Both the position numbers and the translations under genes were made by a program. A stretch of 64,000 nt of DNA from Candidatus Nanopelagicales bacterium (GTDB lineage: Bacteria; Actinomycetota; Actinomycetes; S36-B12; UBA5976), in contig JAURFT010000001.1 in assembly GCA_030834185.1 (NCBI GenBank), positions 14,552 to 78,551 on the forward strand. The letters run 5' to 3'. Shown one piece after another: positions 1-9,064 of the stretch. The notes beneath the pieces were generated by a model. That model did no database searches, was not told where the DNA came from, and was given only the letters and a program-made list of their open reading frames with translations. Each line of letters begins with the position of its first letter. Position 1 is the first letter of the stretch.

Positions 1-76
1 AAAACTCAGCTGCTTGACCACCAATTTGCAAAGTGGTGTGCTGCGCCAGCGGTATCTGAGTTTGAATCTCGAGCAT
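1..76 (-). CDS. murB: UDP-N-acetylenolpyruvoylglucosamine reductase MurB, N-terminal fragment (runs off the window start)
   Basis: A minus-strand ATG at 74-76 opens a frame reading MLEIQTQIPLAQHTTLQIGGQAAEF. This resembles the MurB N-terminal 'PLA..TTL..GG.A' signature. Only 25 codons are visible. Confidence 0.45.
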   Translation of the reverse strand, partial: MLEIQTQIPLAQHTTLQIGGQAAEF

Positions 77-147
77 GGCCACAGCCTAATTGGCTTCGCA
101 GCACATCGAGTTAATTTGGGCCAAATTTTGTTGCGGATTTGCCTTAA

Positions 148-900
148 TCAATTACGTTTTGCCAAGATTTCGGTTTTACCCTTAAAGCGTTTTAGCAAGC
201 GGTTGTAGTTCTTTTTAGATTCACTTTCGCGGTACTGCGGATCAGTATCGTGATATCCATGATGGCGACCCTGCGTGATTGGTAAATCAGCCACTGCAGC
301 AACAAGTTGATAGCCAGCTTCGCGAAGTGCCAGGGACCATTCCATATCTGCATTTCGATAAAATCTGGCATCTTTATGCGGTGGATGGGCAATGCCCAGA
401 TCGCGTTTAACCAGCATTAAATATCCAAGTAGTTGATCAACTTCGCCAGTTGCGCTAACTGATTCAAACCAATTTGAATCTAAATCAATGTTCACACCTT
501 TCCAGCCAACCGCAGCAATGTTTTCAGCTGAATTAATTAGGTCAACTAGCGGGGTTAGTCCATCACCCTCTAAGAGTGTTGAGATGTCGGCAATTGCAAC
601 AAGTGAGGTATCTGCAGCTTTAAGTATTGCCAGCACTGCTTTGCTCCAGCCCATGCGGTCTACTTTTATTAGTTGTATTCGAGCTGGATTAGCTAATTGC
701 AGTTGTTCAGCAGCTTTAGATGAATCATCAGTTGCAATATCGAGTAATAATATTTGAGCATTAGTATGGGTTAAATATCTATTCACACAATCAGTTAGAT
801 CAGCTGCCCAACCATCAACAATTAGTCCAACTGTTACGCCTTGTTTTATCTCAGTAGCAACGGGTAGTTCAGCTGCGCTAATGCGTTTGAGTGTGCTCAT
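148..900 (-). CDS. GT-A fold (family 2-like) glycosyltransferase-like protein with a basic C-terminal tail
   Basis: 250-aa ORF. By-eye GT2-like blocks: VGLIVDGW, LLLDIATDDSS, ADIS (DxD-like) and NADMEWSLALREAGYQL (ED..l..R...G block). It overlaps the next gene by 4 nt. Function is not established. Confidence 0.45.
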   Translation of the reverse strand: MSTLKRISAAELPVATEIKQGVTVGLIVDGWAADLTDCVNRYLTHTNAQILLLDIATDDSSKAAEQLQLANPARIQLIKVDRMGWSKAVLAILKAADTSLVAIADISTLLEGDGLTPLVDLINSAENIAAVGWKGVNIDLDSNWFESVSATGEVDQLLGYLMLVKRDLGIAHPPHKDARFYRNADMEWSLALREAGYQLVAAVADLPITQGRHHGYHDTDPQYRESESKKNYNRLLKRFKGKTEILAKRN

Positions 901-1316
901 GAAAAGTTAACAGTGAGCTTGGTTTGGCTTAGCACCTTCTGATCACCACAGCTTGTTTCAATGCTAAAAAACATAGAGTTTGCTTCTTTGGCAGTTACAG
1001 TTGCATTTACTGATACCAATGCCCCAGCATCATCATCTGGCACCACTACAGGATTAGAAAATTTGGTTGAGTAACTTGAAATAAATGCGCTAGCTGGAAG
1101 GTGATCTGTAATTACACGCGCTACTGCCCCCATTGTGTGCATGCCATGGGCAATCACACCTGGCAAACCAACTGAGGTCGCGATTCGATCGCTGTAGTGA
1201 ATTGGATTGAAATCTAAACTTGCTCCGGCATATTTAATTAAATCTGCCCGCTTTACCCGATACTGTAATAACGTTAAGTTGTCGCCTACATTTAATAATT
1301 GTAAATTCATCGTCAT
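897..1316 (-). CDS. MaoC-type (R)-specific hydratase/dehydratase, HadB-like catalytic subunit
   Basis: 139 aa of hot-dog size. It carries the hydratase-2 motif LDFNPIHYSD (D-x-N-P-I-H) plus GVIAHGMHTMG. It has a 4-nt overlap with the upstream paralogue. Synteny is rpmG-hadA-hadB-like. Confidence 0.7.
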   Translation of the reverse strand: MTMNLQLLNVGDNLTLLQYRVKRADLIKYAGASLDFNPIHYSDRIATSVGLPGVIAHGMHTMGAVARVITDHLPASAFISSYSTKFSNPVVVPDDDAGALVSVNATVTAKEANSMFFSIETSCGDQKVLSQTKLTVNFS

Positions 1317-1729
1317 GCTTCAGTTCTTGCAACTAACAATGAGGAGCTTGTTGTCACTAGGTTGTTTTTTGCGTCAAAAATTTTAGAGACAAAGGTTACA
1401 AAGTCATTACCCATCTTATTCTTGATATCAGCTACAGTTAGTTGAACAGTTAACACGTCTCCGGCAACAATTGATCTGGAATGTTCAAACTTTTGATCAG
1501 CATGAACTACACGGGCGTAATCTAAATTTAATCTTGGATCATTCATCGCATAAGTCATCGCTTGCATAATTAGCGAGATGGCAAATGTTGGTGGTGCCGA
1601 AACTGTTTTAGCAAATGCTGGAACTCGGTCACCAATTGCACTGCAGAAATTTTGTATATCACTAACTGTTACTTGCAGCGGATCAGATGCGGGATATTCA
1701 AACCCCACCATCTCTAGGTTTGCTGCCAC
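1313..1729 (-). CDS. MaoC N-terminal-like hot-dog protein, HadA-like non-catalytic partner
   Basis: 138 aa of hot-dog size with no D-x-N-P-x-H motif. It lies directly downstream of rpmG and is coupled to the HadB-like ORF. Confidence 0.6.
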   Translation of the reverse strand: MAANLEMVGFEYPASDPLQVTVSDIQNFCSAIGDRVPAFAKTVSAPPTFAISLIMQAMTYAMNDPRLNLDYARVVHADQKFEHSRSIVAGDVLTVQLTVADIKNKMGNDFVTFVSKIFDAKNNLVTTSSSLLVARTEA

Positions 1730-1741
1730 CTATGCCTGCTG

Positions 1742-1906
1742 TTAGCGAGTTTCTTTATGAACCGTGTGCTTTTTGCAAAAAGGGCAGAACTTGGCCAGCT
1801 CTAGACGATCTGGGTCATTACGACGATTCTTTTTCGTCATGTAATTGCGATTTTTGCAATCCTGACAGGCCATAGTTACTTTTGGCCGAACGTCACTCTT
1901 TGCCAT
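1742..1906 (-). CDS. rpmG: 50S ribosomal protein L33 (zinc-ribbon type)
   Basis: Hand translation of the minus strand gives [54 protein letters not shown] (54 aa, two CxxC pairs). It is below the 60-aa cutoff of the ORF track. ATG at 1904-1906, TAA at 1742-1744. Confidence 0.9.
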   Translation of the reverse strand: MAKSDVRPKVTMACQDCKNRNYMTKKNRRNDPDRLELAKFCPFCKKHTVHKETR

Positions 1907-1963
1907 TTCTACCTTCTTTATAGATCCAGGGGTGAAGTATGCCTTGACCCGTTAATTCCTTTG

Positions 1964-2036
1964 TAGCGAGGGCGGGAGTCGAACCCGCGACACAGCGATT
2001 ATGAGCCGCTTGCTCTACCACCTGAGCTACCCCGCT
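1964..2036 (-). tRNA. tRNA-Met (anticodon CAT), elongator-like; tRNA-Ile2 (lysidine) cannot be excluded
   Basis: 73-nt cloverleaf folded by hand: acceptor AGCGGGG/CCTCGCT, D arm GCTC-AGGTGGTA-GAGC, anticodon arm AGCGG-CTCATAA-TCGCT, T arm GCGGG-TTCGACT-CCCGC. CCA is not encoded. Confidence 0.9.
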
Positions 2037-2059
2037 TTGATCAGCCGCTTGGCCTTTCG

Positions 2060-2132
2060 AGCCCCCAAACGGAATCGAACCGTTGACCTTTTCCTTACCA
2101 TGGAAACGCTCTACCGACTGAGCTATGGGGGC
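2060..2132 (-). tRNA. tRNA-Thr (anticodon GGT)
   Basis: 73-nt cloverleaf: acceptor GCCCCCA/TGGGGGC, D arm GCTC-AGTCGGTA-GAGC, anticodon arm TTTCC-ATGGTAA-GGAAA, T arm AACGG-TTCGATT-CCGTT. CCA is not encoded. Confidence 0.9.
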
Positions 2133-2386
2133 GGCAGACGGGAAAGAATACAGGGTGAGCGCAGCATGCTTATTGGTGCTACCTACTCACAAATTAGCCG
2201 CTGCCCCCAATGAGTTTATTTACAGTATTAATAGCCCTAACCCACTTAGCTCACTGTCCGACCTAGGCTAACTAGATCAGCGTAATCCCCTGCCCTAGCG
2301 ACCAAGTGTGAGATGTGCAACACCTGTGCCAATTCCATTACCCCCTGGTCTGACTTATATTGCTCTAATAACTTGGAGGATAACCG

Positions 2387-4201
2387 ATGGCAATTCAGAC
2401 TCTTGAACTAAAAGCAGCTTTAGCGAAGCTAAAGCATCCCGAACTAGCTGCGTGGGTGGCTGAGATTGCCGAACTAACTCAGCCAGCGAACCTCTATATT
2501 GCCGATGGATCAGAGGCTGAGTGGAAAACCATCACTGATCATTTAGTTGAGCGCGGCACGTTTGTCAGATTAACCAAACGTAAAAATTCATTTTGGGCTG
2601 CATCAGATCCTTCAGATGTTGCTCGAGTTGAGGATCGAACTTTTATCTGCTCAGAATCTGAGCATGATGCTGGGCCAACAAATAATTGGCAAGCTCCTGC
2701 ACAGATGAAAGACACTATGTCCAAGTTATTTGCAGGTTCAATGCAAGGCCGCACGATGTTTGTTATTCCATATTGCATGGGATCTCTTGATGCCGATGAA
2801 CCAATGTTTGGAGTTCAGTTAACAGACAGCGAATACGTAGTTGCATCAATGAGAATCATGACTCGGATGGGCAGTGCAGCATTAGCAAAAATGGGTACAG
2901 CTGCTCGATACGTTAAGGGATTGCATTCAGTGGGTGCACCGCTTAGCCCTGGCGAAAAAGATGTTATCTGGCCATGCAATCCAACAAAATACATCAGCCA
3001 CTTTCCTGAGACCAGAGAGATCTGGTCATTTGGCTCTGGCTATGGTGGCAATTCACTGTTAGGTAAAAAGTGTTATTCACTTCGAATTGCATCTGCAATT
3101 GGTAGAGATGAAGGCTGGCTTGCCGAACATATGTTGATTTTAAAATTAACAACACCAGCCAACAAGATTCATTATATGGCGGCAGCTTTCCCATCTGCTT
3201 GCGGCAAAACCAATTTAGCGATGTTGGAGCCAACAATTCCCGGTTGGAAAGTTGAAACCCTTGGTGACGATATTGCCTGGATCAGAATTGGAAAAGATGG
3301 CCGACTTTATGCATCAAATCCTGAAGCTGGATTCTTTGGTGTTGCGCCAGGCACTGGTTGGTCAACTAATGCAAATGCAATGCGAACCTTGGATGCTGGA
3401 AACAGCATTTTTACCAACGTTGCGCTAACTGATGATGGTGATGTTTGGTGGGAGGGTTTCTCAGAGCAGCCACCGGCACATTTAACTGATTGGAAAGGTA
3501 ACAGTTGGACTCCTGACTCAGGAGTGCTTTCGTCTCATCCAAATTCTCGCTTCTGTACACCAGCTTCGCAATGCCCAATCATTGCGCCAGAATGGCAAGA
3601 CCCAGCAGGTGTTCCGTTATCAGCAATAGTGGTCGGTGGCCGCCGGGCTTCAACTATTCCGCTAGTTCTTGAATCTCGAAATTGGCAGCATGGAGTTTTC
3701 ATGGGAGCCACGTTGTCTTCTGAAACAACTGCAGCGGCAACAGGTGAAGTTGGGGTGGTTCGACGCGATCCATTCGCGATGCTGCCATTTATGGGCTACC
3801 ACATTGGTGATTACTTTAAGCACTGGTTAAATATTGGCAAGAAAACCGATTCTGCTAACTTGCCTAGAATTTATTACGTTAACTGGTTCCGAAAAAGTAA
3901 TGCAGGAAAGTTTTTGTGGCCAGGATTTGGTGATAATTTAAGAGTCTTGAAATGGATTGTGGATCGCATTGAAGAAAATGTGCCTGCAGTTGAAACTATT
4001 GCTGGGCTTGCGCCACAACCAGCAGATCTAGATATTACTGGCCTAAACATAACGCCAGCAGATTTAGCAGCAGTGCTAAATGTTGATGCTGATGAATGGC
4101 GCAGCGAAGTTCCACTTATTTCAGAGTGGTTTGAAAAAATTAGTGACAAACTTCCAACTGAAATGATCGCTGAGTTCGAAACCTTAAAAAGTCAGCTTTA
4201 A
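2387..4201 (+). CDS. pckG: Phosphoenolpyruvate carboxykinase (GTP)
   Basis: 604 aa. It has the GTP-PEPCK kinase-1a motif [13 protein letters not shown] plus [24 protein letters not shown] blocks. A GGAGGA RBS lies 6 nt upstream of the ATG. Confidence 0.95.
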   Translation: MAIQTLELKAALAKLKHPELAAWVAEIAELTQPANLYIADGSEAEWKTITDHLVERGTFVRLTKRKNSFWAASDPSDVARVEDRTFICSESEHDAGPTNNWQAPAQMKDTMSKLFAGSMQGRTMFVIPYCMGSLDADEPMFGVQLTDSEYVVASMRIMTRMGSAALAKMGTAARYVKGLHSVGAPLSPGEKDVIWPCNPTKYISHFPETREIWSFGSGYGGNSLLGKKCYSLRIASAIGRDEGWLAEHMLILKLTTPANKIHYMAAAFPSACGKTNLAMLEPTIPGWKVETLGDDIAWIRIGKDGRLYASNPEAGFFGVAPGTGWSTNANAMRTLDAGNSIFTNVALTDDGDVWWEGFSEQPPAHLTDWKGNSWTPDSGVLSSHPNSRFCTPASQCPIIAPEWQDPAGVPLSAIVVGGRRASTIPLVLESRNWQHGVFMGATLSSETTAAATGEVGVVRRDPFAMLPFMGYHIGDYFKHWLNIGKKTDSANLPRIYYVNWFRKSNAGKFLWPGFGDNLRVLKWIVDRIEENVPAVETIAGLAPQPADLDITGLNITPADLAAVLNVDADEWRSEVPLISEWFEKISDKLPTEMIAEFETLKSQL

Positions 4202-4207
4202 AACTTG

Positions 4208-4247
4208 CTAACAGCTGTTACTTGCCCGCGCAGGTAACAGCTGTTAG
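4208..4247. terminator. Inverted repeat (14-bp arms, 12-nt loop) between convergent pckG and the hydrolase gene
   Basis: CTAACAGCTGTTAC (4208-4221) and GTAACAGCTGTTAG (4234-4247) are perfect reverse complements. The loop and right arm lie inside the last codons of the minus-strand hydrolase ORF. There is no clear U-tract. Confidence 0.4.
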
Positions 4248-5810
4248 AGCTGGCTCAGGTGAGCTAAAGAAATCAACAATTGTTCTAGTCAGGCAAGCAT
4301 TTCCATTGAACGCAACTGCATGCCCTGTTCCTTCAAATGTAACTAGCGGCGATTTAAGCGATCTAGCTACCTTTGCAGCCCCTGCATAGGGAGTTGCGTT
4401 ATCACCTGTTGAAGCAATGATCAGCAACTGCTTATCTGAATTATTCACCGGACCCAGCGCTTTAGCTGGTGGATTAGGAATTGAATCGTCTTCAAATGCA
4501 AGCCAGCTCCATTCGCAGCCTTGCCGTTCAGAAGTCCAGCTGTATTTATTTGGCGCGGTATAAAGAAAATCAACAATTGGTGCGGCCTTGGCATATTTAC
4601 GGTCAAATTCTTTAATCTCAGCTTCAGTATCAAAATCTCTAGAATCTATATCCATACAATTAACAATGTATAAGATCTCATCCATGTTTGAGCGTTCTTT
4701 GGTTTCAGGATCGTATCCGTGGTACACCAATCCAAAATATTCAAATATCCAGCTATCATTTTTCTCAACTAAATCTCTAAACCCCCTGCGAAAATCTGAA
4801 TAAATGTCATCTAACTCGTAATAGCTCATCTGAAACAGGCCATCTAAAATTAAATTGGCACTGCCTATTGTTGAATTGGTATCTAATGGCGACTGTTGCA
4901 CTCCCCAATAACCAAGCACCATGCCAGCATCAGCTTCCACAAGTTTTTCCTTAAACAACTCAGCTACACCCATCACACTCTCGCCAGGGCATTTTGTATC
5001 AACTGCGCACTCGTTAAATAGCCGCTCAAAGGCATCATTAAATCCCTTGCCTTGCTGTAATGAATCTTCATCATTATCCAGACCAATTAAAACTGGGCTA
5101 TCAAGCATAATTTTTCCAACTTGATCTGGAAAAGCTCTAACGTATTCCATAGCCAAAGTGGTGCCATACGAGGAGCCAATGAAATTAAGTGGCTGGTTTG
5201 TTAGCACCTCACGCATAATTTCAATATCTTTTACTGTATTTGCCGTATTTACACTCCACCAAAATGGATTTGCTTCAGCACAGGTTCTAATAAATTCTAA
5301 ATATCCAGCCTCAGCTTCATCAGCTTCCGCTTTTGATTCTATATAAAGGTCATACTTAAAATAGCTTTCTAGATCTGCATCATCATCACAGCGGATAGGG
5401 GATGATTTTCCAACTCCTCTTGGATCAAACCCAACTACAAAATAATCCTCATCAAGCACTGTTGGAAAATCTATTGTTTGAATAGCTTCTATTCCCGATG
5501 CTCCAGGGCCGCCTGGGTTATAAAAAACAAAAGGCTTTTCAATATTACCTAATCCCATCATCGCCACCACCTTGTTGCCAAGAGTTAAATCCTCATAAGA
5601 GATTGGAACTACAACCTCAGTGCAGCTGGTGTTATTTTTATCAAAGTCCTTCAGGCGAAAATCTTTTTTTAAGAAATAATCAGCAGGGCATGGAACCCAA
5701 TTAATACTTTGATTTTGATAAGTACTTAATGAATCAGATGCACTACCTGTCTCACCATTGCAACCGGTGAAAACTAACGCGCTTACTATCAAAAGTAGGT
5801 AGATTCTCAA
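4218..5810 (-). CDS. Secreted alpha/beta-hydrolase lipoprotein (S33 / tripeptidyl-aminopeptidase-like)
   Basis: 530 aa. TTG start with a GGAGG RBS. The signal peptide has lipobox LVFTGC. It contains NPGGPGASG and the nucleophile elbow GSSYG. Confidence 0.75.
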   Translation of the reverse strand: MRIYLLLIVSALVFTGCNGETGSASDSLSTYQNQSINWVPCPADYFLKKDFRLKDFDKNNTSCTEVVVPISYEDLTLGNKVVAMMGLGNIEKPFVFYNPGGPGASGIEAIQTIDFPTVLDEDYFVVGFDPRGVGKSSPIRCDDDADLESYFKYDLYIESKAEADEAEAGYLEFIRTCAEANPFWWSVNTANTVKDIEIMREVLTNQPLNFIGSSYGTTLAMEYVRAFPDQVGKIMLDSPVLIGLDNDEDSLQQGKGFNDAFERLFNECAVDTKCPGESVMGVAELFKEKLVEADAGMVLGYWGVQQSPLDTNSTIGSANLILDGLFQMSYYELDDIYSDFRRGFRDLVEKNDSWIFEYFGLVYHGYDPETKERSNMDEILYIVNCMDIDSRDFDTEAEIKEFDRKYAKAAPIVDFLYTAPNKYSWTSERQGCEWSWLAFEDDSIPNPPAKALGPVNNSDKQLLIIASTGDNATPYAGAAKVARSLKSPLVTFEGTGHAVAFNGNACLTRTIVDFFSSPEPALTAVTCAGK

Positions 5811-5927
5811 TTAAGCCTCCACCCCTATTTATAGCTGGTGTTCCTGACAGAAATGCCAGAACCGCTCAGATTGTTAATAAGCATCAAAATCTAGCCGGCT
5901 TCCAAAGCCAATAATTCGAGATCATCA

Positions 5928-6013
5928 TGGTGGTAGGTAGTGGATTTGAACCACTGAAGGCATAAGCCGGCGGATTTACAGTCCGCTCCCATTGGCCGCT
6001 CGGGCAACCTACC
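5928..6013 (-). tRNA. tRNA-Tyr (anticodon GTA), long variable arm, CCA encoded
   Basis: 86 nt: acceptor GGTAGGT/ACCTACC, anticodon arm GCGGA-CTGTAAA-TCCGC, T arm AGTGG-TTCAAAT-CCACT, 3' ACCA. Confidence 0.9.
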
Positions 6014-6074
6014 AAGACCGCGAAGGCTACACGAGAGAACTTCCTCACGATTCAAGGCCTAGGATTAGGTAACT

Positions 6075-6977
6075 ATGACCCGCACCCAACAACAAGATGA
6101 GCGTTTTGGCGTGCTAATTGGGCTAGGAGCCTACTTAATGTGGGGGTTGCTGCCGCTGTATTGGCCGCTGCTGCGCCCTGCTGATGCCTTTGAAATTTTG
6201 GGCCATCGCATCATCTGGAGTTTAGTTTTTGTGCTTTTGTTGGTGCAATTAACTCATAGCTGGCCAGCAATTAAATCCACCATCAAAAACTTTAAGCTCA
6301 CACTATTAGTGCTCATAGCTAGCGTGCTGGTTGCCTCTAATTGGGGTATTTATATTTGGGCAGTAAACGACAATCACGTTGTTGAAACATCGCTGGGTTA
6401 CTTCATTAATCCATTAGTGACTGTTTTACTTGGAGTAGTTTTTTTTGGTGAGAAATTACGTCGAATGCAAAAACTAGCTGTTGTTATCGCTTCTATCGCA
6501 GTGCTGATTCTTACCTATGACTATGGCCGGCTACCTTGGATCGCACTTGGCTTAACTGCCACATTTGGTATCTATGGAGCATTAAAAAAGAAAATTAATC
6601 TGCCAGCAATAGCAGGTCTTTTCATGGAAACGGTAGTTTTAATTCCACTAACTACTGGTTATTTATACTGGTTAGCGCTGCAATCACAGGCCATCATTTT
6701 CCAGGATCGGACACTGTTAATTTTCGCAATTATCTCTGGGCCCCTAACCGCGCTGCCGCTCTTATTTTTTGGTGCAGCAACAACTCGCATTCCGCTCACC
6801 TGGATTGGTGTCATGCAATATGTTGCACCAACAATTCAATTTATTATTGGCGTCTGGGTTTTTAACGAAGAGCTTGGAATTGTTAGATTAATTGGTTTTC
6901 TGGTGGTCTGGACAGCGTTGTTCATCTTTACCTTAGATGCATGGCGCTCAAATCAAGCTAGGCAGAACGCGCTATGA
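6075..6977 (+). CDS. rarD: RarD-type EamA/DMT family transporter
   Basis: 300 aa with ~10 predicted TM segments. The N-terminal block GVLIGLGAYLMWGLLPLYW is typical of RarD. Confidence 0.75.
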   Translation: MTRTQQQDERFGVLIGLGAYLMWGLLPLYWPLLRPADAFEILGHRIIWSLVFVLLLVQLTHSWPAIKSTIKNFKLTLLVLIASVLVASNWGIYIWAVNDNHVVETSLGYFINPLVTVLLGVVFFGEKLRRMQKLAVVIASIAVLILTYDYGRLPWIALGLTATFGIYGALKKKINLPAIAGLFMETVVLIPLTTGYLYWLALQSQAIIFQDRTLLIFAIISGPLTALPLLFFGAATTRIPLTWIGVMQYVAPTIQFIIGVWVFNEELGIVRLIGFLVVWTALFIFTLDAWRSNQARQNAL

Positions 6978-7278
6978 CCGCACCACATAATGCGATTAAA
7001 GTTTTCTTGGTGTGCTCATTTGAATTTATATCTTTTAAGCTTTCCCCTACTGCTATCTCTTAGTAGCGCCGCTAAAAGCGGTCCTAGCTGCCCGCTTAGG
7101 TGTGATGAAATATTTTGCCCACATTGAAAATTATAATTGGCCTTCAGCGTAAATTAAAAACAGCGCAACGAATTGTTTTGGGATCTGCTTATAGCTATAC
7201 AGTCTTATTCTTGAATGATGCTTAGTGAAATAAATGTAGCCGCAGCAGATAACTAATTAATAATGCAATGCAAATAAA

Positions 7279-8052
7279 TCAAATATTCGCTAGTAGCCCG
7301 CCATCAATTAGAAACGCTGAGCCAACTACAAAGCTCGCATCACTTGAAGCCAGATAGGTTATGCCTGCAGCAATTTCGCCAGGGTCTGCTGTTCGTCCTA
7401 GAACCCTAGGGTCATCAACAAAACCCAAATCGTCTAAAGACTTGCCAATAGAAGTTGCGTGCTTCAGCGACATCGCAGTTTTAACTCCCCCTACTACAAC
7501 TGAATTGACTCTGATTCCATCCTGGATGTAGTCAATCGCCATCTGCCTACTAAGGGAGACAACTGCTCCCTTGCTTGCCGCATAAACTGGTATGGAGTCC
7601 ATCGTTGCAAATGCGTGAACTGAAGCGATATTAATAATGGATCCACCATGAGGTCGCATGTGGGGAATGCAATATTTTGAAGTCAAATACACTGATTTGA
7701 CATTAACTGCCATGACACGATCCCAGTCGCCCTCAGCTAAGTCTTCAACTTTGTGATAATCAAATATGCCTGCATTGTTCACAAGCACATCAATCTTCTT
7801 ATGTAATTGAGCGATTTGTTCAATTACATCTTTAACTTCCTCATTCTTTGAAACATCAACTTTAAAAAACGAAACTTTGTTGTTTTTTGCTTGTTGTTGA
7901 TTTTGCCAAGCTAAACCTTGATCATCATCTAAACCTATTCCAATAACTTGTGCGCCTTCTTCAGCAAATCGGGTTGCAGTTGCATTGCCTATACCCGATT
8001 CTGCACCTGTAACAATACAGACTTTACCCACAAAACGGTTTGGAATTATCAA
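7279..8052 (-). CDS. Short-chain dehydrogenase/reductase (candidate sugar 1-dehydrogenase or keto-deoxy-acid dehydrogenase)
   Basis: 257 aa. Cofactor motif TGAESGIGNAT, NNAG, catalytic YAASK. It lies 1 nt downstream of the permease gene on the same strand. Confidence 0.85.
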   Translation of the reverse strand: MIIPNRFVGKVCIVTGAESGIGNATATRFAEEGAQVIGIGLDDDQGLAWQNQQQAKNNKVSFFKVDVSKNEEVKDVIEQIAQLHKKIDVLVNNAGIFDYHKVEDLAEGDWDRVMAVNVKSVYLTSKYCIPHMRPHGGSIINIASVHAFATMDSIPVYAASKGAVVSLSRQMAIDYIQDGIRVNSVVVGGVKTAMSLKHATSIGKSLDDLGFVDDPRVLGRTADPGEIAAGITYLASSDASFVVGSAFLIDGGLLANI

Positions 8053-8053
8053 G

Positions 8054-9034
8054 CTAAGTAACCTTTCGCCGAAGCTGCTCTACTACCAACGTTGCCAAAA
8101 CGATACCGCCGGTAATAACTGTCTGCCACCATGGATCAATACCAACTGCAACCATTCCGCTTGCAATAGTTTGCATTAGAGCCAGACCAAAGAGTAAACC
8201 AATAACTGAACCTTTACCACCAAACAAACTAGTACCACCAAGAACAATCGCAGCTATCGCAGTCAGCTCCCAGCCTTGTCCAAGCGAGAAGTAAATAGAT
8301 CCAAAATGCAGCACACTAACCGCTCCAGCTAACCCGGCACCAGCCCCAGTCAATGCGAACAAAATTGTTTTTACTCGTTTCACCTGAGTTCCGCTGGTTC
8401 GAGCAGCTTCTTTATTACTACCAATTGATGAAACAACAACTCCAAAATGCGTTCGTTTCAACACAATATGTCCAATAACGATCATCAAGATGAGCACTAT
8501 TATGCTGAAATTTTTCAAGAAAAATGATTCGCGGAAATTTATCCCTGCAGCTTCCCATGAATCGCGGTAGCCAGGAATTGGTTTACCACCTGGGAGATAA
8601 GTAGCTAAACTTTTAGCAATAAACAACATTGCAATAGTTGCAATAAAAGATGGCACATTTCCCACTAAGACAACAAAAGCATTGATTAGCCCAATCACTG
8701 TTCCGACAGCTATTCCAACTAATAAACCTGACCATGGTGAACGATCATCTGCTACTCCTTCGCCACCAACAACATATTGTGCTGCTAACGTTCCAGCTAA
8801 GGCTGCATTTGCTCCAACTGAGATATCAAATTCACCAGATGTAATCAAGATGGTTAGAAATACAGCTGCAATTCCAACAAAAACCATTCCTTGAATCACC
8901 GAAAGAATACTTGCCCCATTAATGAAAGCTGGATTTTGTAATGCGAAAATTCCAACTACTGCAATTAAGAAGGCTATACGCAATGAACTAGCCTTGAAAT
9001 TCTCTGATATATCTCTTGTTTTGGTAACTGTCAT
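8054..9034 (-). CDS. Sugar ABC transporter permease (RbsC/ribose family)
   Basis: 326 aa, polytopic. It has the typical family block GEFDISVGANAALAG and is a paralogue of the 12103-13089 ORF. Confidence 0.85.
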   Translation of the reverse strand: MTVTKTRDISENFKASSLRIAFLIAVVGIFALQNPAFINGASILSVIQGMVFVGIAAVFLTILITSGEFDISVGANAALAGTLAAQYVVGGEGVADDRSPWSGLLVGIAVGTVIGLINAFVVLVGNVPSFIATIAMLFIAKSLATYLPGGKPIPGYRDSWEAAGINFRESFFLKNFSIIVLILMIVIGHIVLKRTHFGVVVSSIGSNKEAARTSGTQVKRVKTILFALTGAGAGLAGAVSVLHFGSIYFSLGQGWELTAIAAIVLGGTSLFGGKGSVIGLLFGLALMQTIASGMVAVGIDPWWQTVITGGIVLATLVVEQLRRKVT

Positions 9035-9064
9035 ATTAAGCCCCTTAGTTTTCGATATATCTAA

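Noticed and set aside
14-208. 64-aa plus-strand ORF at the window start
   Set aside because: It lies antisense to the murB-like N-terminus and the GT2-like gene end. It has no RBS and an odd composition. The minus-strand reading explains the region better.
1964-2036. Alternative identity of the CAT-anticodon tRNA as initiator tRNA-fMet
   Set aside because: It lacks the three consecutive G-C pairs in the anticodon stem and the 1:72 mismatch typical of initiators. An elongator Met fits the thrT-metT synteny. tRNA-Ile2 remains a minor possibility.
2133-2386. 254-bp spacer between tRNA-Thr and pckG as a possible riboswitch or sRNA locus
   Set aside because: I saw no recognisable riboswitch consensus or strong structure. 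The length is adequately explained by two divergent promoters (the tRNA/rpmG unit and pckG).
7040-7110. Alternative short hairpins (CTACT...AGTAG; CCGCT-AAA-AGCGG; AGCGG...CCGCT) in the AT-rich spacer after rarD
   Set aside because: The stems are only 5 bp and expected by chance. There is no U-tract, leader peptide or recognisable riboswitch core.
5928-7278. Possible tRNA-Tyr-linked integrative element (I looked for a direct repeat of the tRNA 3' end and for an integrase)
   Set aside because: I found no copy of the tRNA-Tyr 3' segment (GGTTCAAATCCACTACC) in the 6978-7278 or 16152-16237 boundary regions. There is no integrase or transposase ORF. The island is therefore not a classical integrative element.
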